From Hydrolagus colliei (taxonomy: Eukaryota): 64,000 nt of DNA. The notes beneath the pieces were generated by a model. It was not told where the DNA came from. It saw only the letters and a program-made list of their open reading frames with translations, and did not search any database. Location: the NCBI GenBank assembly GCA_035084275.1, contig CM068745.1:58652001-58716000 (forward strand), written 5' to 3'. Of this stretch, positions 50,167 through 64,000 are shown in pieces. The translations under genes were made by a program, and so were the position numbers. How positions within the stretch are numbered: position 1 is the first letter of the stretch; each line of letters starts with the position of its first letter.

Positions 50167-53100
50167 CGATGTATACTGTAGCTCACAGTCACAGATTATA
50201 GCTTTAGTCTGTCTTGCTAATAAATGATGCTCCATCTGTTCAGTAGAGTTTATCCCGTTTCTTAAAACCCGCGTTGTTGCTGAACAATTATTAAGGTAAT
50301 GAATTTCAGATCAGCTGGTTTAGCTTAAACCCATAGGTTACCTCCACGTTTGGAAATTGGGTCGTTGGTGACAGATAAGGGTTGCTTATACGTACAGGCG
50401 ACAATAAGCACAGTGTGTAAAACCAAGAGGGTAGCTATCGTTTGTTGGAATCGATATCTTGTTGCACACAACATGATATATTTTTTAAAAAGTTGCTGTT
50501 TTGGGCGGACTGGTCTTTTAAAATTGTGTTGCCTTTTTTTTTCTTGAGCAACTCATTTACAGTCTGGCGTCTGTTCTGCCCTCCTCCTCCTCCTCCTCCT
50601 CCTCGCGAAACATGTTGTTCCAAAGCGAAATATTTACTTTTAATGATTTCCAAGAATCCAGATAATCCTCTCTCTAAAATGATATGTCTAAGAATAACAT
50701 CACTGGCGCGGTCATATCATGTGTTGACACAAGTCTGTGATGTGTTGACAAAGAGTGTGTGTATATATATTTATATATATATATCTATATATGAAAATTG
50801 TATTTTTAAGTTACTGTATTGTTCACTAAAAGATTCACTCCGCCCTATTCAATTGGTGCTGAGAATCATTTTCAGTCTCACTGAAATTCTAGCTGTGTGT
50901 TTTCCAAACGTTCAAAGAAAAGGTTTTGCAGTTTTTTTTCCCCTGATGTGTAGTGGAATAATTCACAGTCCAGAGTATTTCTATCGTCTTTTCATTGTCT
51001 ATCTTGTCTGGGAAACTTATACGCAGCCTCTCGCAGGTTTGCTCGTGTCTCATTCCATCCAGCATGTGCCATGTCATTGCTTAAGTCCTTCCTCGTTAAA
51101 GAGTTTCATTACTTTAAAGGGAACTAGAAATTGAAGAACTGAGATGTAAATTTAAAACAAACCAAACTTGGGCATTTTATGAACAACTTTAACAATCAGG
51201 CGCCGCATTAACAATCTTTTTGTACGATATATTTCATTATTACAACAAACGTTAAACAACACATTTTCCAATTAAGACCCATTTTATTCGTTCCGTGTTG
51301 GACGAGACATGATAGGTGTGTCACTCTGTAAGCGTCTCTGATTCTAGGCTGTTTTACATTCCACTGCTTGATACTTGCAATAGAATTGAAAGTAATGGAC
51401 ATTATTTCAATAGAAATAATAGAATTTACCTATTTCTTAGCAAATCCACGATTTCAATACAATAACCAATATCAGCGTGTTTATCCTCATTATTTCGTTA
51501 TTGTTTTCTGGGATTACTATATATTTGCGAATAATAAGCGCAGAAGCAAAGATGTTAAATAAGGAAATAATTTATATTGTAATACATAAATGTCCTAATC
51601 AGATATTTCTCACAGCAAACACACTTTTCTGAGCAAAGAAATCGTGCAGCGAAGGCTTCCTAAAAAAACAAATCTGACACGAATAGCCCAAGCTTTGACG
51701 TAATGAATATTATAATACAGGTATTCAATATTTTCTGAAATGGCCTCTTTAAAAGACAGCAAAATGTGCACCGTGTATGCAGTGTGCCATATATGTAGCA
51801 CATTAAGTGAAAACTAAACATTATCATTATAACCGGTTAGAAATAAAGCACCCCATATTGGAGGCCTCTATAATACTATATATACATTACACTATAACCT
51901 TTATAAACACACACGGTGCAATTACATTTCCAACTTAATGACTATGAACTCTTAAAATACTGTTCTCCTAACCTGCTGGCTACTTTCCAACACAGTATCT
52001 CTTTATTCAACCATTTGTTTTGTATATTTACACAGCTCAAAGCGGGCTATATAATTCAACGGAGTTGACCAAAATGAAATAAAAAATTATCAAGAATACT
52101 CACAGTAAAAAATGTTGAACTGTCCTGTCAACGCACGGCTATTAAAGACGAATATTTATCATCTGTTGAATTGAAACTGTAAACCTGTCCGGTCTGTCCA
52201 ATACATTTCAAGATGCGATCTTTTGAATTCTTGTTTTTTAATTGTTTTTTAAAGTGAGAATCCAACTCACCCACGATTTGAATCGAATTTGAATTAACAT
52301 AACCTTTTCTCTATTTTGAATTCTGCCACCAAGCGCATCGCAAAATCGGACAGGTGCTTTACAGAGGCTATTAACTCTTACCTGGAACATAATCTGAACT
52401 AATTCTGGTCATTATGACAGGCAATAATAGTGATTTGTTAACACTCCGCTCTGCAGAAGGAAAACACAGAGGGTAATGGGGATTCCCGCTTGTGGCTTTG
52501 CTGTTTGTTTTTGATCCCGGCGCTGTATGTTGCCGATACTCTCTCTTTGTTTCATTACATTTCATTAAGTTACATTACTCAGTATCACACGCGATGAAAC
52601 CTCAACCGTTTGGCAATTTCCTACAAGTTCTGCCGAGTTTACACGGATTTGTGAAGCATCACAAGCCACATACTGTACAAGGTGCAAATCGGTCTGCATT
52701 GCACTGACAGATATTTACAATCCAGGTCGGGATACATTTTGAAATGAGAGAAAACAAAGTTATTTCACAATGTTGTCAATTAGTCTCGTTGGCCGAAGGC
52801 ACAACAATGGAAAGGTTCAGACTCTTATCAAATTCACTATTTCCTGCCAACCAACCATTCAACAAACCAGATAAAAGTAACATTTTATTCCAGCAATCTG
52901 TGGCGGAATAAATCAATCAATCCATCTCAGTGACTTGCTGTGTACGTGACATTTTTTTTCCCAGAGAGTCTTGTTTTGAAATTGTAAGAACTGCACTGGA
53001 TAATAAAGCTCTTTACAAGGTTCACAAGGCGGGCGGGCGGAGCTGGGTCTGCAGGCGCTTTCTTACTTAAGGATAAAGACTCGTTATTGGGGGAGGGGGG

Positions 53101-56100
53101 GGGGACGGTTTTGAAGAGATTAAATGTGCACAGAGTCACTGCAGAGTCTACAGTACAGAGTCCCCGTGGAAATGTGCCATTGCCATCAGCGTGTTCACAT
53201 CCACGTTCATCGTGAAAGGGAAATTTCGGGGTGGGGGGCGGAATAAAAAAATACCTTCTCGCTGTTTCAAGCTATTGACTGAAGTCAGACGGTGATCTGA
53301 GCCGCTCCTAATTGATGAACAAGCTAATGTTACTCAACTCAATTCTCTACCACCCCCCCCCCCCCCCACCTTGTGTGTGTGTTGTGTGGGCGAGTAACTG
53401 GATAACTTTACACTCTCTAAACGCATGTTTCCACATGCCAACATCTATATTCTTCATTATCAAAGGGCAGAGCGATTTACGGCCTTGGCGATTGCTGTGA
53501 TTTTGTCGCCTAACATTTTGTAATAAACATGTCGACATTGGCAGTATTTAGGGGCTGTGTTGAAAGGCTTTACGATCGTTCCTAATGCCTCGCCGGTATC
53601 GGGAGTCACGCGTGTCCATTGCTGTTTAACCCATTTCTTCTCCATTCGGAGGATTGGGCGGAATCAATGAATTAAAAATAACACACACAAGAATAACGAT
53701 GACAACGATTACGGTATTTTGCGGTAAAAATAAAGTGCCCTCCCCACCACCACCACCGCGCTGTAGGGGGAATGTGTATTATTATTGACTGTGTGTTTCT
53801 CACCTGTCCATTGTTGGAACATTTTAATTTGACAAAGTCACACTTGTTCGGCTCTGAATGCGAGCGATTGATCAAATCGATTTCCCTCAATAAGAGAACA
53901 TCTAAATTCACCACGGAGGGAACATCTCAATTCTCATGGAAATGTGATTTGATTCATCAGTCCACAAAAACAACTGAGGGAGAGTAAAATACTGTGGTAC
54001 AAATGTTAACACGTCCGCTGTTACATCAATTACTGGCTTCAGCTGCTAAAATAGACAAATACATTTATTTTCAGTCTTTTAGTTGATTTTCAGTCTTTTA
54101 TCTCTCCTGTTATCACTGGTCGACTCCTGTACAAACTAGTCACAGTAATGGTGTTTGGGCAAACGCGTTTTCTGTGTACAATTTACTATTTTTCAGCTGG
54201 TTCCCGGCTATCTATGTTTGCGTATAGAATTGTTGTTTCATTGTTGGTGTTTCAATGAGAGTTGATCATTTCAATGAGAGCCAACAGAGTTTATCAATCT
54301 GGATGATTTCGCCTTGGGGGGGGGAAAGCAGCTTCGTTAAACAGAAAGTAACGGTATGCTCTACTCTGAATAAAACTGTTAAGCGTATCTACAGTGATCA
54401 CATCGCTATATAATCTCATTTGAACATATTCAGAATGAGCGAGTCTTCCCGTTTTGTGTTTGTTTTTGTTATTATGAATTTACCCGAATGCCGCAGCCTA
54501 AATTCACCATCACATTTGGGAGACAAACTCATTTAAAACAAACTGGATTAACTGCACGGGATTCCGGGTGCCCTGGGTCGTGTAACTATAAATTAGATTG
54601 CGTTCGTGAGGTGGAAACTGCGTTTGACTGTGAAAATCCAAAGCTAAACCAAACAGCTTATTGCTCCCCTTTTAGCATTTCCCCGTTGTTTTAAAGCTGC
54701 ATTTGCAAATTAATATAGAAACCGCCGACCGGATTCTGCGTTTATTAATTGTTAAGTTGGTAGTCTTTGTTCGGCTTTAATGTACTTTCATCGGAATAAC
54801 TCGAAATGACGACTGATTGATTTTGTTTCGATTCACAAGTACGTTACTTGATATATTACGGATTATTTGAAGCCAATATCGCCGTGTGCTTCTTTTTAAC
54901 AAAAAAAGGAATCCGCGCGGGGTCCCCGAACACACCCCGGAGAGTTTGCTGCACCGCGGGCTCGTTCAAACCCGGGTTAATGGCCGGTTGTTTCACATTG
55001 AAGCTAATTTTAACACAAACCAGACATAGCGGTCGGTATTCCGGGGGGTGCCGTGCCCGCCTGTCTGTCTGCCCGTCTGTCTGAGTCCCACAGTCCAGAG
55101 TTTACAGAGAATATCCCGACCACAGCCCAAGTCATCAGAACTGTTACACTGGCTCTCGGGTCTCTCTGGAGCCCCCGCGCGGTGCTGATCAAACCTCACA
55201 CGGTGTATACTGATTGCCATCCTAACGATTTCTGTTTCCTGATTTTTTTTCTCTCGCAATTCGCAAGAACTTGGAAAGTTGGAACACTCACTCCCATTCT
55301 CCCAAATAGGTTTTAACGCCTGTCACTTCGTGCGCTTTAAAATTGCAGTGAATGCAACGACACGTTTTATGGGAGGAAAGTGTCAGTGATGTTCATAATT
55401 CAGAAAAAAATATGAAATCAAACAGCCAGTTTTGTTTTAACCCTTTTTTTTTGGGGGGTGGGGGGTGGGGGGGGGGGGGGGGGGGGGCGGATAGACACTC
55501 GATGCCGGGCTATGGATGGGAAGGGCGGTAAGACCAGAGGAATCCACTGTAAGATTGGGAAGGTTTCCATTATGAACTCTAGTGGGCACTGTTGATCCAT
55601 GGAAGAAAATGTAACGCAACACACCCGACCCCAGCCTCCCTCTGTCTGGAGCTCCACAGATCATACCTTTACACCCATCAGTGCATTTAATAGCCGGCCG
55701 ACAGCACAGCCTCCTTACCCAATCCCCAACTTATACACGACACCACCGTTTGGAGATGCAACCAAGCCAGTACTTGACACAGGGCACCATTGGTTAACGT
55801 TATGCCGTGATTGTAAAAGTCGTGCGTTCTCATTCATAAGAAGCTTTAGATTTGTAGTTGTGTCCCCTCCACCCCCCCCCCCCCCCCCCCCCCACCCACA
55901 TGCAATGCGAGAGAAAGCAATTGTTTCATTGAAACGGGTGCCAGTTAACATAAACTTTCGTATAAACGCCTCGGCATTTCTGATCTCTCGCTGTGACGCA
56001 TGAGAAAACTTTTATTTGTTGCTCGAGCGATGCCCAAGTCGGTGAACGCCGACGGCTGATGCGAAACCGCGGTCATTTTGCAGATTAAATCTTCATCGGG

Positions 56101-56279
56101 AGGGTAATGGGGTTTGCGCCAAAGATGGGTTCCTCCCAACGATCAGGTGCTTGTTAATGGACGCGTTGAAATTGCGTGAGGATTTTGCATTTGGAAACCG
56201 AGTTTCGCGCCGGTGGTATTTATTCGCATGTAATGTATACATCTGCGTGTGCGTTTTCACGGGGATTACCTGTGCAGAG

Positions 56280-56530
56280 CTCCGCTAACGCGCTCGGCAA
56301 CGAGGCGCCGCCGCCGCTCAGGGCCAACTCCACCAGAGCAATAACATTGCGAGCAGGGAGACGGGCGGCGCCTGCGGCCAATGGGAGAGGGGATGCGGGT
56401 GTCAGTCAGGGGGGGGGCTGGCCCGGGTGGCGGCCTAGCCCAATGAGGAGAGGCGGGGGAGAGGCGGGCCCGGCCCGGCACAGACGGTAGGTTGTCCGGA
56501 GGTATATAGCTTTATTGCAAAGGGCTGGAT
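56280..56530 (+). promoter_or_regulatory. EFNB2: EFNB2 core promoter in CpG-rich region
   Basis: CCAAT at 56378-56382 and 56440-56444, GC boxes (GGGCGG, GAGGCGGGG), TATATA at 56503-56508, upstream of the EFNB2 ATG. Confidence 0.7.
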
Positions 56531-57185
56531 CATCACGTCCTGGATGGTGAAAGTCAGCAAGTCGATCAGGGAGAGAAAGACTCACATACGCAGAGAGAGA
56601 GAGAGAGAGAGAGGGAGGGGGAGAGAGGGAGGGGGAGCGAGCGCTACATGCACAGAACCGCACAGCGATCCACAAATCGCTTCCCCACAGCCCAGCGGAC
56701 CGACCGACCGACCGACTGGCGTTTGTTCGTCGCAACCGGGAGAGAGTGAGAAAGGCTGCGATTGAGAAGCAAAGCTGTTTCCATCCAATGGTTTGAATGC
56801 GGACAAGTGTCTGCCTCGGCCGGCGGTGCCAGTGATCTGCCGACAGCCCTGAGAGGCTTGAGAGCAAAGCGGGCCCGAGTGTGAGCCCCGATTGCCTGCT
56901 CCACACACACACACACACACAGAGAGGGAGAGAGAGAACAGCAGCGACTCGGATCTCTCTCTCTCCCCCCCCCCCCGCCAGCAGAGAAGACAGGCGAATT
57001 GCAACTTTCAGTTAAACCGAGATAAGCCACAGCCTTGGATCAAAAGTGTGCTCGGTGGCCAGAAAGAAAAGGGGATATCGTTTCCAGACAGTTGAGCGAA
57101 GACGCGCCCAGACGAGAACCACGCTCTTCTCTGTATATTTATATCCAGTACCTTATATTGTCCAAGGACAAAGTGACCGGGGACG

Positions 57186-57304
57186 ATGGCGACGAGGAAC
57201 TCAGTTTGGAAATACTATTTGGGAGTTGTTTTCCTGGTGTGCAAGGCGGCTGTGTCCAACTGTGTCATTTTGGAGCCTATATATTGGAATTCCTCAAATT
57301 CTAA
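57186..57304 (+). CDS. EFNB2: Ephrin-B2 coding exon 1 (signal peptide and start of ephrin domain); rest of gene lies beyond the window
   Basis: MATRNSVWKYYLGVVFLVCKAAVSNCVILEPIYWNSSNSK matches the ephrin-B2 N-terminus (SVWKY...VLEPIYWNSSNSK); Kozak ACGATGG; donor AA|GTAAGT at 57305, phase 2; synteny with ARGLU1. Confidence 0.95.
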
Positions 57305-58538
57305 GTAAGTGAAACAAGTTGTCAGCCTGTCCGTCCTCAACTTCAGGTTATTTTTTTCTCCCCCCCCCCCCCCCTCCCACACACACACATAAATATACAA
57401 TACATAGTTCGAGTGACTACAGTAGCCATCCCCACCTGAGAGCCCGCGCTAATTCACATCTAAAATAAATAACTCGGGGGGTCTCTCTCTACCATAAAAT
57501 GCGCCTGGAGGGTGGGGAAGAGGGTGGTGGTCTCTTTAAACTGTCCCAAGACTTAATCGCAGTCGGCGAGGGTTAAGATACGATGTTCGTGTTGCAGGGG
57601 AGAAGAGGGAAAATTGTTGGCGGTGGGGGGTGGGGGGTGTCGATGGCTGGGTCTTTCGGTTACTAATGTTTACTGTGAGACTAACGCAGTCTCAGGTTGG
57701 TTGGCTGAATGTCGCTTTGATGCACTGAAGGGAATCGTATTTCGCAAATAGATGGGGGTGGGGGGGGGGGGGGGGGGGGAATGAATGGTCCGGAGCCTCG
57801 GGGAGCCTGTCTGTGTCTGTCTGTCTGTCTCAGGGCTCTGGCGTTGGCTGCGAAATCTGCAAGGAATGAGAGGGAGAGGTGTAAAGAGAGAGAAAGGTGG
57901 GGTGGGGGTGGGGGAGAGGTGGATATAGAGAGAGGGAGAGAGAAATAGAGAGAAAGAGGGGGGAGATAGATAGGGAGGGAGGGACAGATAGAGAGAAGGA
58001 AGGGGCGAGGGAGATATAGAGGGAGAAAGGGCGAGACACAAACAATCTCAGCAATCGCGATTTCTTCCAAACCCCAACCCCCAGAGAGAGAGAGAGACCT
58101 CAGTCCCACAGCGATCTGTGATTTCAGGATTAATCTCACAGATGAGAGAATCTCAGAGGTGGTGCTGATGTTTGTGGATCTTGCGGGGTTGAGCTGCTAA
58201 TGTTTGAGAAGATAAAGTGATTTGACCCACCTGGCTGTGACTTTCCCAGAGATATGTGGATTAGCAGAATATTCCCTCGCCAGGCGAGGCGAGCGAGTCT
58301 CTCCTGGAGAAAAATCTCAGCAGTTATCTCTCATATCGGTTTTTTGTCACAAAACGTGAAGCTCTATCAAGTTGTTCTCTCCAGTAAGTATTGGTTAAAT
58401 GTCGTGTCCTTACCCCCCCCCCCCCCCCCCCCCCTCACACACTCACGGAGCTGTGTTGCTTCTGCGAGAGGAGTGTTGAAAAACAACACCGCTTCAAGCC
58501 TGCGCTACTGCTAGACAGCTGCTCTCTCTCTGTGTTCT

Positions 58539-60430
58539 NNNNNNNNNNNNNNNNNNNNNNNNNNNNNNNNNNNNNNNNNNNNNNNNNNNNNNNNNNNNNN
58601 NNNNNNNNNNNNNNNNNNNNNNNNNNNNNNNNNNNNNNNNNNNNNNNNNNNNNNNNNNNNNNNNNNNNNNNNNNNNNNNNNNNNNNNNNNNNNNNNNNNN
58701 NNNNNGTGTGTGCTCGGTGAGTGTGTGTGTGTATGTGTGTGCTCTGTGTGTATGTGTGATGTGTGTGTGTGTGTGCTCTGTGTGTATGTGTGCGTTTGGA
58801 AAAACAAGTTATTCCAAAGTAACTGCTTCACTATTATTGGTGTTTTTAGTTGAGAATGATCATATCCAACACTGTCTCCAAAGTGCAACTGGTAAATAGG
58901 TTAAGGGGTAGGTGGGGGGTGGGGGGGGGGGGGGAGGTATTGAGAGGATAGGAAGCTTTAAGGTGCGAGTTAATTCTGAAGTCGATTGAGTCCCGGGTTG
59001 CACCTTCTCTCCCGCAACTCATGGTGTTTTGAACTGCGGTCACAACTTCAGCCGATTCACTTCAATCAAAAGCTGGCACGCAGTTCAACTGTTTCGCATT
59101 ACGAAACGTTTTGTCTGCCAGCCGGCTTCTTATCGTCGATGGGGTTCAACCTTTCGTCGGGAACTGAATGAGCAAATGTTTGTTCAAAGTGTTAAAGCAA
59201 ATGGTCTGTCCATTTTAAAAAAAAACACACAGCCCAAGGTAAAGAAATTCGATGACACATTCAAATAATCTCATCTTCAGTGCATATTTTGCCCCTAAAA
59301 TTGATCAGCTCACGGTTTTAAAGGTTAGCTAACTGCCAGCTACATATTTCAAACACCTGGCTATTTTCTTGGGAACATTTTAAACCAGCTTTTTTCAAAA
59401 AAAATTAAAGAGAGTGCGAGGGCAAATTTTTATAATGCAGAGAAGTTCATATAATATATATTTAAAGTATGGGCGTCGTTATAACAGTCGTACAATTTTA
59501 CACTATATTATACTATTTCAAATACCAGTTTAGTCCCATTCTGAGAATTTTTTTGGCGTTGTGTTTTGGGCGCAGTTGTGCTGTTTTTTTTAAAGAAAAT
59601 ATACATGCGTTGATTTAAAAACAAAAACAAATTCTGTTTGTTATTCCACCATCTGGTTTACGTGAGCACAAGAGCAATCGTGTTCATTTGAAACACCCAT
59701 CACGTTTGGAAGAAGCAAAGCGGAGAGGTTTCCGCCGATCCATTTGCGGGGGGAAATTTGGAATAAGGACTCGAGGTGTAACTTTTTTACATCTGAGGTG
59801 TCTCTTTGTCAGAAGCTGCGAGCNNNNNNNNNNNNNNNNNNNNNNNNNNNNNNNNNNNNNNNNNNNNNNNNNNNNNNNNNNNNNNNNNNNNNNNNNNNNN
59901 NNNNNNNNNNNNNNNNNNNNNNNNNNNNNNNNNNNNNNNNNNNNNNNNNNNNNNNNNNNNNNNNNNNNNNNNNNNNNNNNNNNNNNNNNNNNNNNNNNNN
60001 NNNNNNNNNNNNNNNNNNNNNNNNNNNNNNNNNNNNNNNNNNNNNNNNNNNNNNNNNNNNNNNNNNNNNNNNNNNNNNNNNNNNNNNNNNNNNNNNNNNN
60101 NNNNTACTCTCACACACACACAGAGACACTCTCACACACAGAGACACTCTCACACACANNNNNNNNNNNNNNNNNNNNNNNNNNNNNNNNNNNNNNNNNN
60201 NNNNNNNNNNNNNNNNNNNNNNNNNNNNNNNNNNNNNNNNNNNNNNNNNNNNNNNNNNNNNNNNNNNNNNNNNNNNNNNNNNNNNNNNNNNNNNNNNNNN
60301 NNNNNNNNNNNNNNNNNNNNNNNNNNNNNNNNNNNNNNNNNNNNNNNNNNNNNNNNNNNNNNNNNNNNNNNNTCTCTCACACACACAGATACTCTCTCAC
60401 ACACACAGATACTCTCTCACACACAGACAC
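58539..60430. other. Assembly gaps flanked by GT/CA-rich microsatellites in EFNB2 intron 1
   Basis: N runs at 58539-58705, 59824-60104 and 60159-60372 (another at 48237-48376). Confidence 0.95.
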
Positions 60431-63366
60431 TCACACCCAGAGCAGACTGCGTGTTACATACACCGTGTGAGGAGGAGTCGGCTGCTGGCTGGAATCGCTT
60501 GTTCCTGTAAGTGAAGGATCGATGAGGTGTGATCGAACCTAAACGGGTTTGCAATCGCGTTTAAGAGCAAAAAGAATCCGAAAATATCGACTGAGATATC
60601 ACATTACAGCTTCACCATTTATCACCAGTCCAAGGGACGATTCGTTCAATTTTTTTTTAGTAAAAGCGTCCTTTATTCTTCCCGTGCATTCAAAATAAAG
60701 TTGCGTTGTTTGTTAACGCGTTTAAAAATAATACACCTACATATATATATATATATTATATACAATGGTTAATATTTAAAACAGATTCGAGACGGGATTA
60801 GGACTTTGATGGGGAGGGGGGATGATCCATTTCAGAGCTGCTGGGCAGGTGGAAACTTTCCTGTCCAGTTTGGATTGAAGATCAATTTAAATCAGACTTT
60901 TTTTAAAAAAGAAAAAAAAATCCACAATAGAAAATCATGATTTTCCTAAGAGACACGAAAGGTGATCGACCTGCCGAGCTCCTGGTGTGGTTTGTTGGTT
61001 AGAACATTTTCGCTGCGATTTACTTCAGCTGTGGAAAGTCCTCCCATCAGAGGTTAGGGAGGAAAATCAGGGAGTTTCTTAAGAAGTTTGTGTTTTTTTT
61101 ATAGTTTCAATGTGTTCGAAACAAGCACCGTGTTCCCATCAGAGGGAGGATTCAAAGGGTGTGTGTGGTGGGGGGGGGGGGGGGTGGGGTGGGGGGGGAG
61201 TGGTAGGCAAACAGGAGTCGCTGGATACACTTAATTGGTTAAATAAATACTTGCTCCCGAATGAACAAACAAAATAAGTCTGTGAACAGGGAAGTGAGAA
61301 TGAAACTCCTGAGAGAAGTAATTGGAATCAGCTTAAATTTGACCAGTCTGAGCAGTTTACAGCTTGACATGCGAGCGCTGGCGTTTGTGAACGAAGCTCA
61401 ATATTTATTTGTCTGTTTTTATGTTTGTTTTTGCATTACATTTAAATTAATGGGCACAATAAATCAAGACAACTCAGGGAAAAAAAAGAGGAATTATATA
61501 TGTTCCAGCAATTTTTGGATTTGACCATTTAAATATTGACATTTTTCTAAGCGACTTTGATAATTTTAAGGAAATCTTGTTAGTTACTTGGTGATATTTA
61601 AAGTATCATCTAAATTAATCTACAATGTGAACTGATTGGGTTTTGAAGAAAAAAATAATTCTAGGGCCCACTGCAGGATTGCATCTCGATAGTTGTTCTA
61701 ATAAGAGGTTTCGTTGTAGTATTCAACATGCAAATGAATACAAATAATAGTCATGCAATATTGTTTTTTGATCCATCTATAAAATAAATGGGCTATAATG
61801 AATAGAATTCTAGAATAATCGACCTGAGGTTACTCTGTTGTTTGCATTTTCTAAACGCTACAAAGGAAATAATTACATTCAAAGAAGATTCTTATTAAGA
61901 AATGTAGAAATCAGGTATAAAAATAATATTAATGAACTTGCATTCATTGTAATGCAAATACATTTTGAAGTGAAATTTATGCTGATGTTTAAGCTTTCTC
62001 TTTTTAAAACTTACAGTTACTCAAGGCCATAAATAGGGGAAGTGTACATTTTTTTCCCCACACAGCACAATCCTACAGAGGTCACTCTTTAGATACTCAA
62101 GACAGCCAGCCTCTCAGACACATGAATTCTCATTCAGTAGCTATTTGCAGCCATTTTCATTCCCGGCAATCATTGGTATCTTCTCAGCTCCTGGGTGTGA
62201 TAGTTCCCTGAAGAGAAAATTAAAGAACTGATACTTGCTGCCCTACTATATATTCCACAACCTTATTTTATAATGTAAAATATTCCAAAAGGTTTTTAAA
62301 ATCTAATCTGACTATTGTCACTACATAAATAAAATGATTGGCACTGATAATTATATTTTACCAGGTTCTTTTACTTGCAAGAAAGATCTTGGGCAGTTAT
62401 GAGTTATAGATTTTTTTTTAATAGTCAGAGAATAGCGCTAATGCTCCATCACTGACCCATCTGTTAATGCCATGATGTAGATAAAAAGGCGTGGATTCCA
62501 TGTTGTATTTGGTGTACTTTCACTGCGCAGTTACATCTGTCTTAAGGGCCTGCTTTATGGTGGTTCCGAAGCTGCCTGACAGAATGAGCCATCAGAGGTA
62601 TACTGGGATGTGTGAGGATGCAGTGTTGGCTCTGTGATGCCATTTCTTACACTCGAGTCCTGTATAGCATTCTGTACTATGCATAAGTTAGGCGCGGCAA
62701 AAATACGCCAGCAAAAAATTTAATGTGACATCTTAAAAATTAATGAGCATCCTGTTGATGGGGACATTAGCTTAAATGGAGCATTTGCTCAGGCACATCA
62801 ACAACAAAATTACACTTGCAAAATGCCTTTTGTGTCTGGGGGGTGGGGGGGGGCGTAAAGAGGCGTACCTTCATTGTCTGCAGTGTAAGCCCGATAGTAA
62901 GGAAATAAAGCTTCTGCTTGCTTATTGAAATATTGCTTCAAGGAGGCGCCTTATGTGTTGCAAGAATTGAAGAGAAGTCATTGTGAAATTCATTAACGCA
63001 TATAACTCTGTTCATCTGTCCCTGAATCTGTGTGCCCAGCTGGATAGTTTACTGTCTTTGTAACGCTTTGAATCTGAAGAGATTGGTAATGAAATATTTC
63101 AAAATTATTAATGCTCTTAAATGGGCAACTCTGGGCAACTACACACATTTGCTGTTGTCTACGGGCTGCTGTTTATTCACTTTTATAACCATTCACTGTA
63201 TTGATCTGAAACATCAAGTAAGATATAACAGATTATTTGGACAATTTGCCAATTAACATTTTGTTGATGTAGATTTATGAGTGAAAAATGTTCAATGACA
63301 AACACTGTAATGTGATGATCTGGTCTGCAAACATCAGTAAATTGACTATTTATAGGGAGCTGAAAT

Positions 63367-63670
63367 AACAATAATAATAATAATCCTTGCATTTGACATA
63401 GTGCTTTTCATGTCTTCTAGATGTCTCAAATAGCTTCACAGAATATACTGTAAACTGAATTGATGTATATTTGGGTGGAAAATGGCAGTCAATTGCTCAC
63501 AACATTGTTCCATAAACAGTCATGGATTGAGTGATCAAAGTTTTTTTCTTGAGGCATGTGGAGTGAGGAAACTTGCCCAAGGTTTCATCTTGCCAAGAAT
63601 CGAACCCAGGTCTCTTGCTTGCAGGGCTTTTGCAAGGCGAGTGCTCTAACCACTGAGCTATAGGAATCTC
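63367..63670 (-). mobile_element. Full-length tRNA-headed Deu-tail SINE in EFNB2 intron 1
   Basis: AATAATAATCCTTGCATTTG tail through ...GCAAGGCGAGTGCTCTAACCACTGAGCTATAGGA head on the + strand. Confidence 0.85.
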
Positions 63671-64000
63671 AAGAACATTAAAAGAACATTTTACGTATGC
63701 ATTAAACAGGACCTTTCACATTGGGACAGTATTGCAAAGTGCTTCACGTGATTTACTGATAGAGCCCATGTTGGGGAGTTCAGTAGAGTAGGGGGGTTCA
63801 AAAAGATCTTAAGGTAGTCATTCAAATGATTACAAATTGGGGGGTGAGGTTAAGAAACATTCCAGAGAGTGAGTCTGGAATTGCTAAAAACACACCCACT
63901 GATTCTCTGAATCTTCACATTTTCTTTCATTGCTCATAAGAAATGGATTCAAATGCTAGCAGCAAAGATTGGTTATTCAAAAAAATCTCATTCATTAATA

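Noticed and set aside
50442-51134. 230-aa hydrophobic ORF
   Set aside because: Non-ATG start, spans (CCT)n and (AT)n microsatellites, and shows no recognisable domain or splice structure.
59688-60514. ORFs spanning N runs
   Set aside because: Lengths are inflated by assembly gaps.
58240-61140. Scattered TGGGAA/TTCCCA RBPJ-like sites in EFNB2 intron 1
   Set aside because: EFNB2 is a known Notch target, but these hexamers are not clustered or paired beyond chance expectation.

Overview
Vertebrate genomic DNA, most likely a cartilaginous fish (possibly a chimaera), inferred from the repeat complement: L2 LINEs with (AAC)n tails, SacSINE1/AmnSINE1-like Deu-tail SINEs, CR1 and Penelope-like fragments. 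The window holds a complete 4-exon ARGLU1 gene on the + strand (CDS 24033-40926, 279 aa). It is followed on the same strand by the promoter, first coding exon (57186-57304, not shown as such in the ORF track) and start of intron 1 of EFNB2, matching the known vertebrate ARGLU1-EFNB2 synteny. The first 23 kb and 43.6-50 kb are dense in transposon relics, while ARGLU1 intron 2 and the EFNB2 5' region are almost free of them. The most interesting signals are three. First, an apparent ARGLU1 poison/decoy-exon module in intron 2, with a 21-bp hairpin and five clustered GT donors. Second, Penelope-like fragments carrying a minimal hammerhead ribozyme core with clean target-site duplications. Third, a 3.6-kb G-run satellite that abuts the ARGLU1 promoter and grades out of an older minisatellite. 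I found no convincing wholly novel gene system. Family assignments come from recalled consensus motifs, not database searches, and repeat boundaries are approximate unless TSD/TIR coordinates are given.
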